A DNA stretch of 64,000 bases from Dipteris shenzhenensis (GCA_047967505.1 CM106538.1); one strand, 5' to 3'. Shown: positions 39,780 through 52,800, numbered from the stretch's first letter. The notes: generated by a model not told the origin, from the letters alone. A program made the numbers and translations.

Positions 39780-40360
39780 AGTACTTGCATGGAAGTCCAT
39801 TTTTTATACTTGAATATGACTTTCGATTTTGAAATACTTTCTCAAAAATATTAAAATAGTATAGAGTAGTTGCATGGAAGTCCATTTTTGATACATGAAC
39901 AAGACTTCCAATTTTGAACTATTGTTAAGATACTTTTGCAGGAGTCCTAAATTTTGTATTCATTAAAGCAAGAACTCTTCTATTTGCGTATTCAAGAAAC
40001 TTTGGGAAATTTTGATGCGTTATAATATAGGCAAAAAAGCATTACTATTTAAACTTGTCTTCAAAGTGGATCAAGTATTTTTCCTATTATTCTTCGCCTC
40101 AGAACTCTTGAATTTTGTCACAAATGAAAGACTTCATGTCCATTTATAAAATATCAAAACAAGAACGCTTTCTATATACTTTCATGAATTATGTAGCTGT
40201 TACAATATTGTTCTGGTATTAAAACTACTGGAAATACATTTCAATGTTGTTCATGTATTCTAAATGTTTTTTTCCACTTTGAAATTTAAAAACATCCACT
40301 CACCATTTACTTCCTCTAAATAACAGCTACTTGTCTGGATCTAGTTGACAAGGCTAAAAG

Positions 40361-40780
40361 GTGTTGGCATCACAACATGCTTTATTAGAAGCTTTCATAT
40401 TTGAGCAAGGGTTGCAATGTCCCCTCACATTATTCAAACATAGTGGCACTCAACTAATTGCCATCATAAATGTTTACAAGAACCAGAAGACATCTGCACA
40501 AGCACTACTTCAAATGCTACAAAAGGTCAGCAAAAACATACCAAAGTCAACACCAACAATGAGCTTGGGTGATTTCAACATAGATTACAATATTCCATCA
40601 GAAAACAAAGAACAACTTAAACAGTACATGTTGCGAGACCAAATGGAAAAACTCATTCATCAACCAACAACTATTCACTGATCAAACTTAGACAATATAT
40701 GGACAAACATCAAAACAGGCACCGCGAAAACCAGCATAAACTTTGTTTACTAGTCCGAGCACTCTCAAGTGCTTGCCCCT
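40361..40780 (+). pseudogene. APE-type endonuclease, C-terminal half
   Basis: IINVYK...LGDFNID...QPTTIH*SNLDNIWTN...Y*SEH correspond to the GDFN, LD and SDH motifs. Confidence 0.85.
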
Positions 40781-41410
40781 AAATAGCAAATTGTTGCAAC
40801 TTTGTCATTCCAATGAATGAAATTCACCTTTTTGGCCTTTCAAGGGTCCTAAGGGATGATGGGTAGTGAGTTGCTAATCAAGGGCCATAGTTTTGAAGTT
40901 AGTTCATTTGGTCAATTTGACCTTGCAAATTATGGTTGGTATGAGGCTTAAAGGTGGGTTAGTAGAAGCTTAAGGGCTTCTAATGTGTTTAGGGTTTAAG
41001 GTTTTTGTTTGCTTATGGAGGTCCTAATGCTTTTGTCTTTCATCGTAAAGCTTTTGTCTTTTGTTAAGTATTTCTCTCTAAAGATGGAGGCTCTCTTTGT
41101 CTCTTGTATGACACCACATTTTATATTACTCTTGCCAAAATAAGCACGTCCCCACTTTTATTTAATGGCCCATCCACCACACACACACACATACACCTTT
41201 TTACCTCTTTTCTCTCCTCTCTTTCACATCTACCTTTCCCCATATTCCTTCACTTTCACTTGCTTTTTCTCTTTTCCTTTCCTTCCAATTTACACCTATG
41301 GTTTCCTTTCACAAGTTATTAGAACACTCCAAAAGGCAGGGCCATAGTGGGATCCCCACCTTGTTTATTAATCTATTTTCTCATGTTGTGAATTGTGAAC
41401 GCTCATTGTA

Positions 41411-41419
41411 ATATATAAA
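41411..41419 (+). promoter_or_regulatory. Candidate TATA box of the MIP2-like gene
   Basis: ATATATAAA about 100 bp upstream of the ATG at 41516. Confidence 0.35.
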
Positions 41420-41515
41420 GTCTGATGGAGTAAAAAGACTTTGTGAAGCATTTGGCGTACGAGGAGTGTATCGCTTCTGTGCTAAAAGAAGGAGGAGGGC
41501 AGTAACTGCAAAAGA

Positions 41516-41626
41516 ATGGCTGCTGCTTCGTCGGGATCGCACTCTGCCATGGACGCTAATTCGCCACGGCTTCTTCGTCTCTCTACGCATGCATCTGTCT
41601 TGCGTGACCAATTTCAACGCGATCCG
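41516..41626 (+). CDS. MIP2: MAG2-interacting protein 2 / NBAS-like, exon 1
   Basis: MAAASSGSHSAMDANSPRLLRLSTHASVLRDQFQRDP, followed by a GT donor at 41627 (phase 0). CpG-rich and undecayed. Confidence 0.6.
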
Positions 41627-41717
41627 GTACGTATCTTCTGGCCTCGCCTCTGATTTTCTCTATGGAACAGAATCGGAGAGCTGCCCCCCACTAATCGCCC
41701 AGCATGGCCTCTGCCAG

Positions 41718-41760
41718 ATCGACGCATCCCGGAATACCACGGATGGAAACTTTTTCACAG
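41718..41760 (+). CDS. MIP2: MIP2/NBAS-like, exon 2
   Basis: CTAAT branch site, CAG acceptor, IDASRNTTDGNFFT, GTAGAG donor. Phases 0 to 1 fit both neighbours. Confidence 0.55.
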
Positions 41761-41837
41761 GTAGAGTCCATTCTCTCCTTTGGGCATTCCGTTGCGAAGG
41801 ATATAGTCATTTAAAGTATAATGCTGATAATTGACAG

Positions 41838-41999
41838 GTTTGAGGAAACGGTGGAGTTCCTGGAAACAAAACGACGGGCAGTGTTGCCGATCCTTGGTGA
41901 TCTCCGCTACTGGTAAATATATAGCAGTCTTAGACAGATTTGACGCAACCTTTCTGACAAGTGCGAATGGGTTCAAGGAGGCAATCGGGTCAAGCAGAG
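41838..41999 (+). CDS. MIP2: MIP2/NBAS-like, exon 3
   Basis: GLRKRWSSWKQ..SLVISATGKYIAV..FLTSANGFKEAIG resembles the plant MIP2 N-terminus as I recall it (LKEKW..SLFISPRGE.VAV). AG/GT boundaries, phases 1 to 1. Confidence 0.75.
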
Positions 42000-42359
42000 G
42001 TAATGTTCAAACTCTGCTCCGGAAATTATCAAATGTGATTGTTCTAATTGCGCTTCGTATTATGAAAAACATTTGCACGAACACTCAGCCATGGTTTCTT
42101 TTATCAGAGCTTTTCACGTGGATAGTAGAGGTTTCTGCTATAATTTTCCAAGTCACAAGCTCTTAAAACGAAACTGAACGCCCACACAATTCTAGCTCCA
42201 AATTATCCATTTTATCGTTAGTTCGGTAGGGGCAATTCAAAAGGTTGAAAAGAGTGCGAGGCTTCATAAATTATGAGCGTTGGCTTTGCTGTGATATGCC
42301 ATCTTTGCACTACGTGATGTCCATGCGCAATACTTTGAGCCCGCCTCTTCCCAGCTCAT

Positions 42360-42397
<38 letters not shown>

Positions 42398-42399
<2 letters not shown>

Positions 42400-44130
42400 G
42401 TCCTTGGAGGCCTCGCGGGCCTATGTGACAAAGTACACCAAGAGAGAAAACTCATACAGAAGCAAAGGGCGCTAGTGTCCTTGTTGAGTACTAAGCTATT
42501 TGAAGCTCAAGAGCTCAAACAAAATCAAATACAAACTGATGATAAATTGAGAGCTGGGACTCAAAAGCCGAAGCCCGGCATCTTGGTGGCTCTCTAATGA
42601 GGTGTGAAAATATATTGGATTTGCATCTGTTGAGTTGTCTCATGCTCTGGCGACGGACATGGTCTCTTCGATCTCTGATCCCTGAGCTATGTCCAGAGTC
42701 ACTCCTCGTCTCTGGCGGTCTCCTTTGAGGGAAGCTGAGATAGGGCGCACCTTGATAGTGTATGCTCTAGTTGCTCTCGTGTCGCGTGTGGTCTCTGTGT
42801 CCCTCTCTCAGTAGCATTGTGTCGGCTCTCTCTGCTGATCCAAACTGCCCTCATATCAGCTAGCTCCTCCTCCTCCACTCCACCATGTCCTGGAGCTGAC
42901 TCAAATGCATAGAAGTCTGTGACGCATCGCTGTGTCCGGTCTACCTCTGTATCCTGTGGCTTGGTCACTTCCTGTTGCTCTCTAATTTGTTACAATAGTG
43001 TCTCCCCTCCTTGTGTCGCCGCATCTCAATCAGATAGAGCCTAATATAGAGCTGGTCATGGAAGTGGATCAGTCGTGAGAGTGGACCGAAGTCACTCCCC
43101 TCCTGAAAGAGGCAGTGAGTGGTATCACCCCCGGATCTTGCAGTAGTCTAGGCAAGCACATAGAATATGCTCCTCTATCTCAACCACCCCCAATGTGCAT
43201 AACTTACAAATCCGTTGCTCTTTGGGTATACCTGCAGCTCTCCTCGCCTCAATCCTCAGCTGATGGGACAAGACTTGCATTTGTCTAATGGCGATCCTTA
43301 GTGCATGTGAGACTCCTATGTCCTCGAGATACTGGGGTCTGATGATGAATCCCTTCTCCTATACTCTTAGGAAGTGGTTGCGACAGAACTGGATCTTGGT
43401 GGGAAACTCCTTTTCCCCCAGTCCGAGTTGTATGGAGTTGGAGGAGATCTAATCGTATGATGTGGTTAATCCCGTCTCGTGGGATCGACTCAAAGTGTTG
43501 CATCCATGCTGTACTGAAAGGGGGTAAGCCTATCCATTTGAATACCGTGCCTGGCAAACCATGCAGATATACGTGCATACATATATCTGCCTCACTCTCT
43601 CTTAGCTGTCTAGATGACTTTAAAGCCAGCTTGGTAGTCTCCAGTGAGGTAAGGTCCAAATTCTGTGGATGAATGTCATTGTGGGCTTACTCTGAATCAT
43701 CCTAGACCACATAGTCACCTGTGCCGCTCAAATGTCCACTTTGTCGCTCAGAGATCATGCTGGTAGAAGGGTGCTGCATACATGGCAGTCGGCCTCACTA
43801 AAGTGTCGAAAAGCTAGCCCTTCGTCGTTGGATCCTGAAAGTGCGCCTGAAAGCATTGTCTCTTTAGCCGGGCCAAAGCACTCCACCTTCGTGTGAGTCG
43901 TGTCTTGGCTGCCTGAGTCATCGCGAAGATGGGTCTTATGAAGACGGCTCCCAAGTATGTGTAGGACTGCACTATCTCTAGTGGCTCACCTCGGTAAATG
44001 AAGCTATGTCAGTGAAGCACTGCGCGCGAGGTGTTGAAGATCATAACCTTGGTCTTCCCAAGGCTGACTGTTAAGTCTCTCTCTACAGAACACATCTAGG
44101 GCCTCTAGATGTCTTTGCAGCCCCTCCGCT

Positions 44131-44132
<2 letters not shown>
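42398..44132 (-). mobile_element. 5'-truncated LINE (RTEX- or CR1-group-like) between (GA)n tracts
   Basis: GLQRHLEALDVFCRE..VNLGKTKVMIFNT and a C-terminal SHQLRIE..RICKLC..EEHILCAC zinc motif. The 3' end abuts (GA)n 42363-42397 and the 5' end abuts (GA)n 44133-44181. Confidence 0.85.
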
Positions 44133-44183
<51 letters not shown>

Positions 44184-45244
44184 TGTGAAGATGATGATGA
44201 TGATGGTATGACCATCGACGGAGGCCAAATATGGCCTATGGGACATGGGACCAAAACAGAGATGCAAAAATGTCACAATCTGCGAGATCCAACTAGAGCA
44301 ACGTATCAAATTGATGGAATCCCATCTCCTACAGGAGTGTGTATCTTTTGGGTTAGCTCATTTTTCTTCTCTTTTATTTTCATTGTAGAATTTGGACTTT
44401 AGAACAACAAAAATCTGAATCTCTACGATTGTATATATTCTAGTTTTACAAAGGTATCTATGAATTGATAAATTGAATATTGCTGTTTCCATAAAACTTC
44501 AAACGTACATCATAGGGAACACTTTTAAAAGCGAAGCATTACCTCAAGTAAAAGATAATTAATAAAGCATCAAATGCCCTCAAGGTAGCTATATTTTTAG
44601 TGCTAACTATTCAGGATATAGCAGATGGTGGCTCATAGAACTAGTCGAGTTGGAGCCATTGCTTCAGACGGCATCAAATTTGGACATGCGACACTTATTC
44701 TATTAATTAACTCATCTCACTCAATAGAACTACAAACACTCCTTTGGTGTATATTTATTCATATGCAGCCTTGCATAGGAGGGAAATGTGCAAAAGTTTA
44801 AAAGTCAACATACTTCATTGAAGGTACATGTCCTTACAAGGTTCTAAGGAAGACGATTCTAGACTCAGAGAATCATTTCACACAATTTAAGCATGGTAGT
44901 AGTGAGGTATCTTAAGTGGTGCATTGCCCTATTAGCTAGATTTAGATGCTGTTTGGGAGAGACTAAAATGAAATCGTTTAGTCTTCACAAACAGTTGTAG
45001 CTTGAATGAAGAGATTTTGGACTACCTTTTGATTAGCCTTATCCTTTAGTGCTAGCCTTCGTCCTAGCTGAGTCTGCCCTTCACCTCCGGAGTGCCGACA
45101 GAAACTCAGTACGAAGACTTTGTATAAATGGATGCTCAAGTATGTGTGGGTGTGTGGACTTGTATGTGTGAGAGCTTATACTACGGTCTACACCCACTAT
45201 TGGGCACTCATGACATTAGTGGATGGGGATGTCATAGTAGCTAG

Positions 45245-47405
45245 TATAGAGAAACGATAGGGTTTGCAGTGGAGCGATAAAAAATAGACGATACTCAGAC
45301 ACAACTGAAGAACGGAACTCAGAAAACATAGTGCCTGTCGGTAATATGAAAAATTAAATACAAGAACCTCAAGCCGTCGTGTCTCAAGGACTGTGGCTGA
45401 GGCGAATCAGAAAGATGATACCATGTAGAGAAACGGTAGAAAAGATAGCAGCAGAGGGAGCGAAACGCAGTCCTCCGTGTAGCTCGATGATGATGAAGAT
45501 GATGAAGGGCTAGATCTGGCGGAGAGGAATAGAGGGGTAGAGGATGGAGCAGGCATAATAGCCAGATCTGGAGCAGGAGGGGCTGCAGTTAAGGATGGAG
45601 GAGGCGAGGAGCAGCTGCAGGTCCTGTCCCATGAGAGTGGGGGTAGGGAGTGTTTTATAGGCCTGATCTAGGAGGTTTGCTAGCTGGTCGGCCAGCTGGT
45701 CGGTCAGTTCCTAGGTCGGTGGGCCGGCCAGCTGGTCGGCTAGTTCCAGGTCGGCCAGCTGGTTGGCAAGCTGGTCGGCCAGTCCCAGGTTGGCCAGACC
45801 AGCTGGTCGGCCTGATTCTGGCAGCTGGTCGGCCAGCCCTGTTTTGTGCCCTTTTGTGCCTTTGATGCCCCTAAAATAGGGAGCGCTGCAAGCTGGTATG
45901 TTTGCCCCTAAAATTGGGAATTGTAGTTGCTTAACACCCCCTCTCAATTGCCAATTTGGAGGGGCAGACATTGTGTGCTTGGAGCTTCGTGTAGAGATGT
46001 CGACGGTGGTGGTGGCTATCCCTGCGAAATGCCCAAGGGATGCAATGCAAAAATGCAGAGAAGGTCATAAGAGGAGTGCCCTTGCAAGGGAATTGTTCAC
46101 TTCCTCAAGTGCCTGAGTTACACGTATGATCAGCCGAAGTAAGAACACTGTGAAGCTCGAGAGAATAAGCCACCCCCTCTCACCGCCGAAAGGTGGAGGA
46201 AAAACAAAGGTAAAGACCAAATATCTCGTAGCAGCACTGATAATCTAGAGATGGTGGGATTCCGCCAAAGGAAGAGGTCGTAGCTGAACAGTGAGCCAGT
46301 GTGTGCCCGATCTTGGACCTTGGGAGAGAGGAGTCTATCCCCGCCTCCATGAATGTAGAAGAAACAAGTCATCAAGATACATCTGAACAGAAAGGGTCTT
46401 GCCTAGGGAGAACTTGTAGATCTTGGAAGTCGATGCCGATGGAGATCTGGTAGAGGTGAAGAATCATGACCTCCTTGTTCGAAGGAGTGTCAAGCGTGAA
46501 ACGGAAAAGGGAGGGAGGGATGGGAGTAGAAGATGGAGTTTAGAAAGGGAGGGAGGGATGGGAGTAGAAGATGGAGTTCTCTCCCGTAGTGCGCCGCGGA
46601 ATGAAGACGAAACTGATATGTTCATAGGAGTGATGCTCCCTGTACCTATGGCCTCCATGAAGAAGCAGGATCTTTAGATCACCATAGATCTGGGGTCTTT
46701 AGATCACCATGGCTCTGATACCATATAGAGAAACGATAGGGTTTGCAGTGGAGCGATTAAAAATAGACGATACTCAGACACAACTGAAGAACGGAACTCA
46801 GAAAACATAGTGCCTGTCGGTAATATGAAAAACTGAATACAAGAACCTCAAGCCATCGTGTCTCAAGGACTGTGGCTGAGGCGGATCAGAAAGATGATAC
46901 CATGTAGAGAAACGGTAGAAAAGATAGCAGCAGAGGGAGCGAAACGCAGTCCTCTGTGTAGCTCGATGATGACGAAGATGATGAAGGGCTAGATCTGGTG
47001 GAGAGGAATAGAGGGGCAGAGGATGGAGCAGGCATAATATCCAGATCTAGAGCAGGAGGGGCTGCAGTAAAGGATGGAGGAGGTGAGGAGCAGCTGCAGG
47101 TCCTGTCCCATGAGAGTGAGGGGGTAGGGAGTGTTTTATAGGCCTGACCTAGGAGGTTGGCCAGCTGGTCGGCCAGCTGGTCGGTCAGTTCCTAGGTCGG
47201 TGGGCCGGCCAGCTGGTCGGCCAGTTCCAGGTCGGCCAGCTGGTCAGCCAGTTCCAGGTTGGCGAGACCAGCTGGTCGGCCTGATTCTGGCAGCTGGTCA
47301 GCCAGCCCTGTTTTGTGCCCTTTTGTGCCTTTGATGCCCCTAAAATAGGGAGCGCTGCAAGCTGGTATGTTTGCCCTTAAAATTGGGAATTGTAGTTGCT
47401 TAACA
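45245..47405 (-). mobile_element. Non-autonomous LTR element (large TRIM-like)
   Basis: LTRs at 45245-45936 and 46724-47405; TSD GCTAG; PBS TGGTATCAGAGC at 46712-46723; PPT at 45937-45947; 787-bp internal region without recognisable pol. Confidence 0.93.
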
Positions 47406-47894
47406 GCTAGTCCATGCTATGCGTGATGGAGTGATGGAGTTTATGGTTTTCAACCTTATGAGTGACTATCATGAGATTGAAACTGCACTATGTTGTGTTT
47501 TTAGAGGATGAGTTTGGGCATGTTCTTGGACTCATCTAGGTATATGGTAGTAGTGAGCTATACATGCACTTGATTTGTTTACATGCTTGTACATTTAAGA
47601 GAGTTATTATTGAAACAATACACCGGTCTCTCAGAGCATCTAGCAACTGGATATGCACGATGTACATCCATTGCAATATTATTTTGAGTGCACTCAGCCA
47701 AGCTATTCAGTTGAATTATTCATGTCTCAATGTAGCTATTTTCTTTTATGTAACTAAAGGTTTGAATTCATACATGACATGTCAATGCATCAGAAATGTA
47801 GCTAGACTCTTGGGACCTTCCACCAAAATGCAATTAGAGGAGAGGCAATTCAGCTTTACTGTGCATTCAAGTACCAAGGTTGATAATCAATTCT

Positions 47895-48908
47895 CTCTTC
47901 CTGCAAAACACCTCGAGGGCATCTAGATGTCTCTATAAGTCTGCTGTTGAGGGGGATATGCGGACTGTATCATTTGAGTATAATAATACGTGTATCATCA
48001 GGTCAGCAAGCAGTGACCCCTCACCTCCTAGGCGGTCAATGAAAGTCGTGATCTCATCATGTACAGCCCAAAAAGTATTGGTGAGAGGGTGCATCCATGC
48101 TTCACTGTGATCATCCTCTCAATCCAATCTGATTGGCCTCTTGGGGCACATACTCTCCCTCTAGCTAACTCATATAGATTCATCACCCCCCAGATCATGA
48201 CTTCTGGGATTTGCATCTCCTGAAGTCCCCTTATCACATGCGATCGTGGAACTATATCAAAGGCCTTCCGAAAGTTTACAAAGCAATTGCAGACTTTCTG
48301 GGCTCTCGATCTCGCCTCTTTGATGATGGCCCGTAGAGTGAAGATGCGGTTTAGAGTAAATTGCTGTCTCCGGAATCCAGCTTGTCCTAAAGCATACTGC
48401 CCCTGTGCCTCTGTGTAGGTATTGATCTCTCTCTCTAGTACTGACCTGCAAATCTTGGCCAGTGTGTGGCCACTCATGAGAGTGCGGTAGTTCCCAGCAT
48501 CCATGGGATCCCCACAATGGTGGGGAAGCTGTGGCATATGACATGGTTGAACATCTGTGCTAAGATCGGGGTCCTGGGCTGCATGGGTCATCGTGAGGAG
48601 GGGTCCTGTAAAGATTGCTCCCATATACGTGTAAGACTATACTATCTCCACTGACTCCCCACGATAAGTGAAGATGAGTTGGCAGAGCAGTGACTCGTGA
48701 GGTGTTGGAGACCATAACCTTGGTTTTCCCAAGGTTGACTGTCAAGTCTCTCTCTGCAAAACACCTCTAGGGCCTTCAGATGTCTCTGCAGCCCTTCCGT
48801 AGAAAATGATATAAGGACTATGTCATCAGCGTATAGCAATATCTGTTTCATGAGGTTGGCCAACAATGATCCCTCGCCTCCTAGGCGGTTGATGAAGGAT
48901 GTGGTCTC

Positions 48909-48910
<2 letters not shown>
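47895..48910 (-). pseudogene. Two adjoining LINE RT fragments, same family as 42398-44132
   Basis: LLYADDIVLIS..VNLGKTKVM at 48905-48570. Then NYRTL..GQAGFRR..FVNFRKAFDIVPR..GCTLSPILFGLY at 48520-47895. Confidence 0.85.
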
Positions 48911-48952
<42 letters not shown>

Positions 48953-48954
<2 letters not shown>

Positions 48955-49798
48955 GTCCATAGGAGACCTCACGGGTCTATGGGACAAAATGCACACCAAA
49001 ATCATCAACATCAGTTAGAGACTGAGAGTCTATGGGGGAGTATAGCAGCTCAGCCCCAAATTATTATAGCATAACTACATTCAAGTACTATATTAAAGGT
49101 GGTTTGAATAACATCAGTTTAAGACTGAGAGTCTTTGGGTTTAGGTATGAAATCTCTAATGAGTGCTTGCCCGTCTCGATAAACCGCCCATTTACCTTCT
49201 TTCCTTGCTTCTTTCACTTTGATAAGCTCATTTGCCCTTTGTTTGAGTTGGGTCGAAGTGAGCTCTTCAGATATCTAAATCCTAGTGCCCTTGAGCTTGT
49301 TGGTTTGTCTAAGAATCTTGGTTCTTAGAGTCCTTTTTTTGAAATAAATCTGTGCTTGTTTTCCCTTTCGAGTGATGAGACTTATGCCATTTTCATCCCA
49401 ACCGATCTGTGGCACTGCCTTCTTGAGTTGGATAATCTTTTCCTCATCAATACATTCCTCTTCCTCTTCCATTTCAAAATAGCTAAGGCAACTATCTTGC
49501 AATCCCCCAATACGTAAAATGTTATTGTTACTTGCTATGGCTTGCTGCTCTCTTACCTCTGTATAAACCACATTTGTCGATCTTGTTATGTGTTGTTGCT
49601 GTAATTTCCTGTCCCATGGATTTGAGCTGAGTGGTGACCATTTCTTGGACCTTGGCTACAAGCTGTGGTGTAGGAGTTGCAATATTGCATTGCTGTAGGA
49701 CTTCTTGGATTACCTCCCGTGTGCCTTCATTCTTTATTTCTGAAACTGTTTTCTTCAGGGAAGCAATGTGGAGCTTTGCATCTCTGAGTTCTTGTTGG

Positions 49799-49800
<2 letters not shown>
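48953..49800 (-). mobile_element. ORF1-only LINE derivative
   Basis: Coiled-coil, then NILRIGGL..KILRQTNKLKGTRI*ISEEL..GKWAVYRDG (LINE ORF1-like). The family 3' terminus follows within ~150 bp. Flanked by (GA)n on both sides. Confidence 0.65.
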
Positions 49801-49847
<47 letters not shown>

Positions 49848-49854
49848 TGTATTA

Positions 49855-52800
49855 ACGTCCACAAGAGGCCTCACGGGCCTATGAGACAAAGTATAGAGAA
49901 AAGCGGACTCATACAAGCCTCAGTGGGCTGAAGCAAAGGGCGTGCTAGGGCCCTTACTGAGTACTAATCTATGCTGACAAAATCATAATCATGAATAGAA
50001 ATAGTCAACTGCAGCTGCATAGTGGACCAAGATCAATCTATCCAGTATCAGGTACAAACTGAAAAACAAGTCAGTCTCGGAGCTGGGACTTAGAATTAGA
50101 ATCGGAATCAGAAATCGAATCCTGGCACAGTGATGGCTCTCTGATGGGCTGCGAAGATATCTCGTATCTGCGTCTGTCGAGCTGTCTCGTGCTGCTGTGG
50201 GGGACGGGATCTCCTCGCTCTTTGAACTCTCTGGGCTATGTCCAGAGTGACCCCTTGTCTCTGTCGGTCCCCCTTGAGGAAAGTTGTGATAGGTGGGACC
50301 TCAATGGAATGTGCTCTGTGTCACGTATCGGTTGAAGGATGCACATGTGTGAGGGAATGATGCATAAATTGGGAAGTATTGGCCCTCCAAAAGGAGTGCC
50401 CATGTGAGTGTATTTTTGCTATTGACTACTCTACCATGCTCATGCAATCCACAAACCACATATGAATGCATAATGCCCATGCACACATTCCATGCACATG
50501 AGAGGTCACAACCTCTCATGCCTCTTGGGATCCATCCCTTGGGCATACCCCATTATTCTACCCTTAGCCTATGAATCTTTTATGCATCTTTTATGCCTAC
50601 CATTTATTAATGCACCCATGCATTCCTACCTATTCCTATCCTAAGACCTACATGTGTGAATGCACCATTTATTCCATATCAATTAACATATCCAATACAT
50701 TATCCATATGGCATTTAGCCATTTAAACCTACCTAGCCTACCTTCTAATTAATACAGTTGATCATGCTAGCCTAAAACATTCTAGACCACAAAATTGTGT
50801 CGTGACATGCCCTCTTGCTTGGGACATAGATGTCCTCATCTATCAGGTACTCTTCTTTGACTTCATGAACTTTACCACTGTTTAGGTTCCTGTATAAACT
50901 TCCATACAACAACTTCAATCTTTCATCTTCATGTTTGGTACTCTTGCCAACAAGTCTAACATTAGTATGTTCCTTCAAATCAAAATTTTAAATAAATAAG
51001 TAAGAAAGATAGTAATTATCTTTCATGTTGTGTTGTCCATGTACTCCTTTACTTTGGACATTCCTACAAAGACTAATTCGACTTTATCCATTAGGGTTAG
51101 TAGGAATCCATTTCCGTTCTACTTTTCCTTTCCAAAGATACCATTTCCTTATCTCTCTCTCTCATATGCATGCATTGGTCCAAGTTCCAAGTGACTAGTT
51201 TGGAACCATTAGTTCTAGGTTGATCAGACCCAAAACTTACAAGATCAAGATCACCAGATCTTAACGAGTACTCATTCTAGACCACCGGGTCTAATTGTGG
51301 ATCCACCCATAGTCATGGGTCCATGACTTACCAAGTACTTGACATCTCTCCAAGGTCACCAAACCTGACCAAGCGCTTACATATCCACCACCTATGGCCA
51401 TGTATAACACCCTCTTGCTCAAGTACTACCTTGGCTCATCAACCCAACCTAAGAGAATGACTTAACCATCTCTAGTACTCCAACTTCAAGACTCTTAGCA
51501 CCATGGATGCTTTCCAAAGGCCAACGTCTCTGTACGATACCATTGTGTATATTTCCAAGGTAATAATTGTGCATGTGCTTAATTCTTGAGTTTTTTTTCT
51601 ACCCCAAGTGTATGATCCTACATGCAAATGCATTTATTACTTCATTAGCCTACATGCAAATGCATTACTAATTCATTATCCTAAATGCTCATCTTAAGTT
51701 TAAGTAGATCAATCCTTTGACCCTTGTCATCATCACGCAATTGTCTTTTCCATTCTTTTCTAGATGACGAGTTACTTTTGTAGCCTTCATTCGAGTTTCC
51801 TCCACTTTTGTAGTATTATATTGCCTTTTCTCTCCCTCTTCTTTTGCGAAGTGACCACGCTTCGTCAATCTACTTCATATATGTCTAACTCCTTTAAAAA
51901 AAAAAAAAAATCTCATCAATCTTTTGCTTTCTTATTTTTCTTTTCTTACCCCTTTAAATATTATCTAATCTCTACTCCTTTATATTCTTTTAATCTGAAT
52001 TTTCTTTAAGCTCCTTGTTTTAACTCCTTTTAATTCTATCTTTTCCTCTTAATTTTTTTAAAAAAAAAATCTTTTATCTTTTATCTTTTTTTCTTTTTCA
52101 TGCCGTCTTTTACAGGGGGGAAATTTAAAAAAAAACTAAGAGGGACTAAGTATTATTCAGACTAAGACTAAGTAGTAGTAGTAAAGAGAGGGGGTGCTTA
52201 GAGCCTTAGAGGAAAATGAGGACTTAGAGAGGACTAAGGAGGAGAGGGATCTAACCCAGGAGAGGGGCTAACTAAGGAGAGGGGGCTAACTAATGAGGGG
52301 GAAGGGGGATTTGAAAATCCGAGGGAAGGGGGGTGATTTTTGAAGTACGAGGGGAAGGGGACTAAGGAGAGGGGAGGGGGGGTTTGAAATACGAGGGGGT
52401 ACTTAGAGGAGGGGGGAAAAAAAGAGGTTAAGGCGGCCAACGGCTGCAGGCTAACGCGCCGGTAGGCAGAGGTTGCAGAGAGGTAGATGCGGCTGCACTC
52501 GTGGCAGCATTGCCATGTGGTGGCCAGAGACAGACTGGCACCGTCGGTGGTGCCTTCATGATGGCGGCGCGGGAGGTCTGCGGGGTGTGGCCCATGTGGG
52601 GTGCAGCAGACATTGCACTGTGCAGAGGTTGTTGACGGCGGGGCGAATCACGGCACGCAACGCGGCGCGGATCACAGCACCACGCGGCAGAGCCGACAAG
52701 GGATGCGCAACAACGGGGTCACAGGGGACTGCCCCCCCCTATTAATACAAAAGTCATTGCCTCCCCTAATTAAAGAGCTGGGCGACTGGTGGGGCAGAGG

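Noticed and set aside
41466-41834. 122-aa ORF as the gene start
   Set aside because: It runs through predicted introns. The spliced model from ATG 41516 gives consistent phases and MIP2 similarity.
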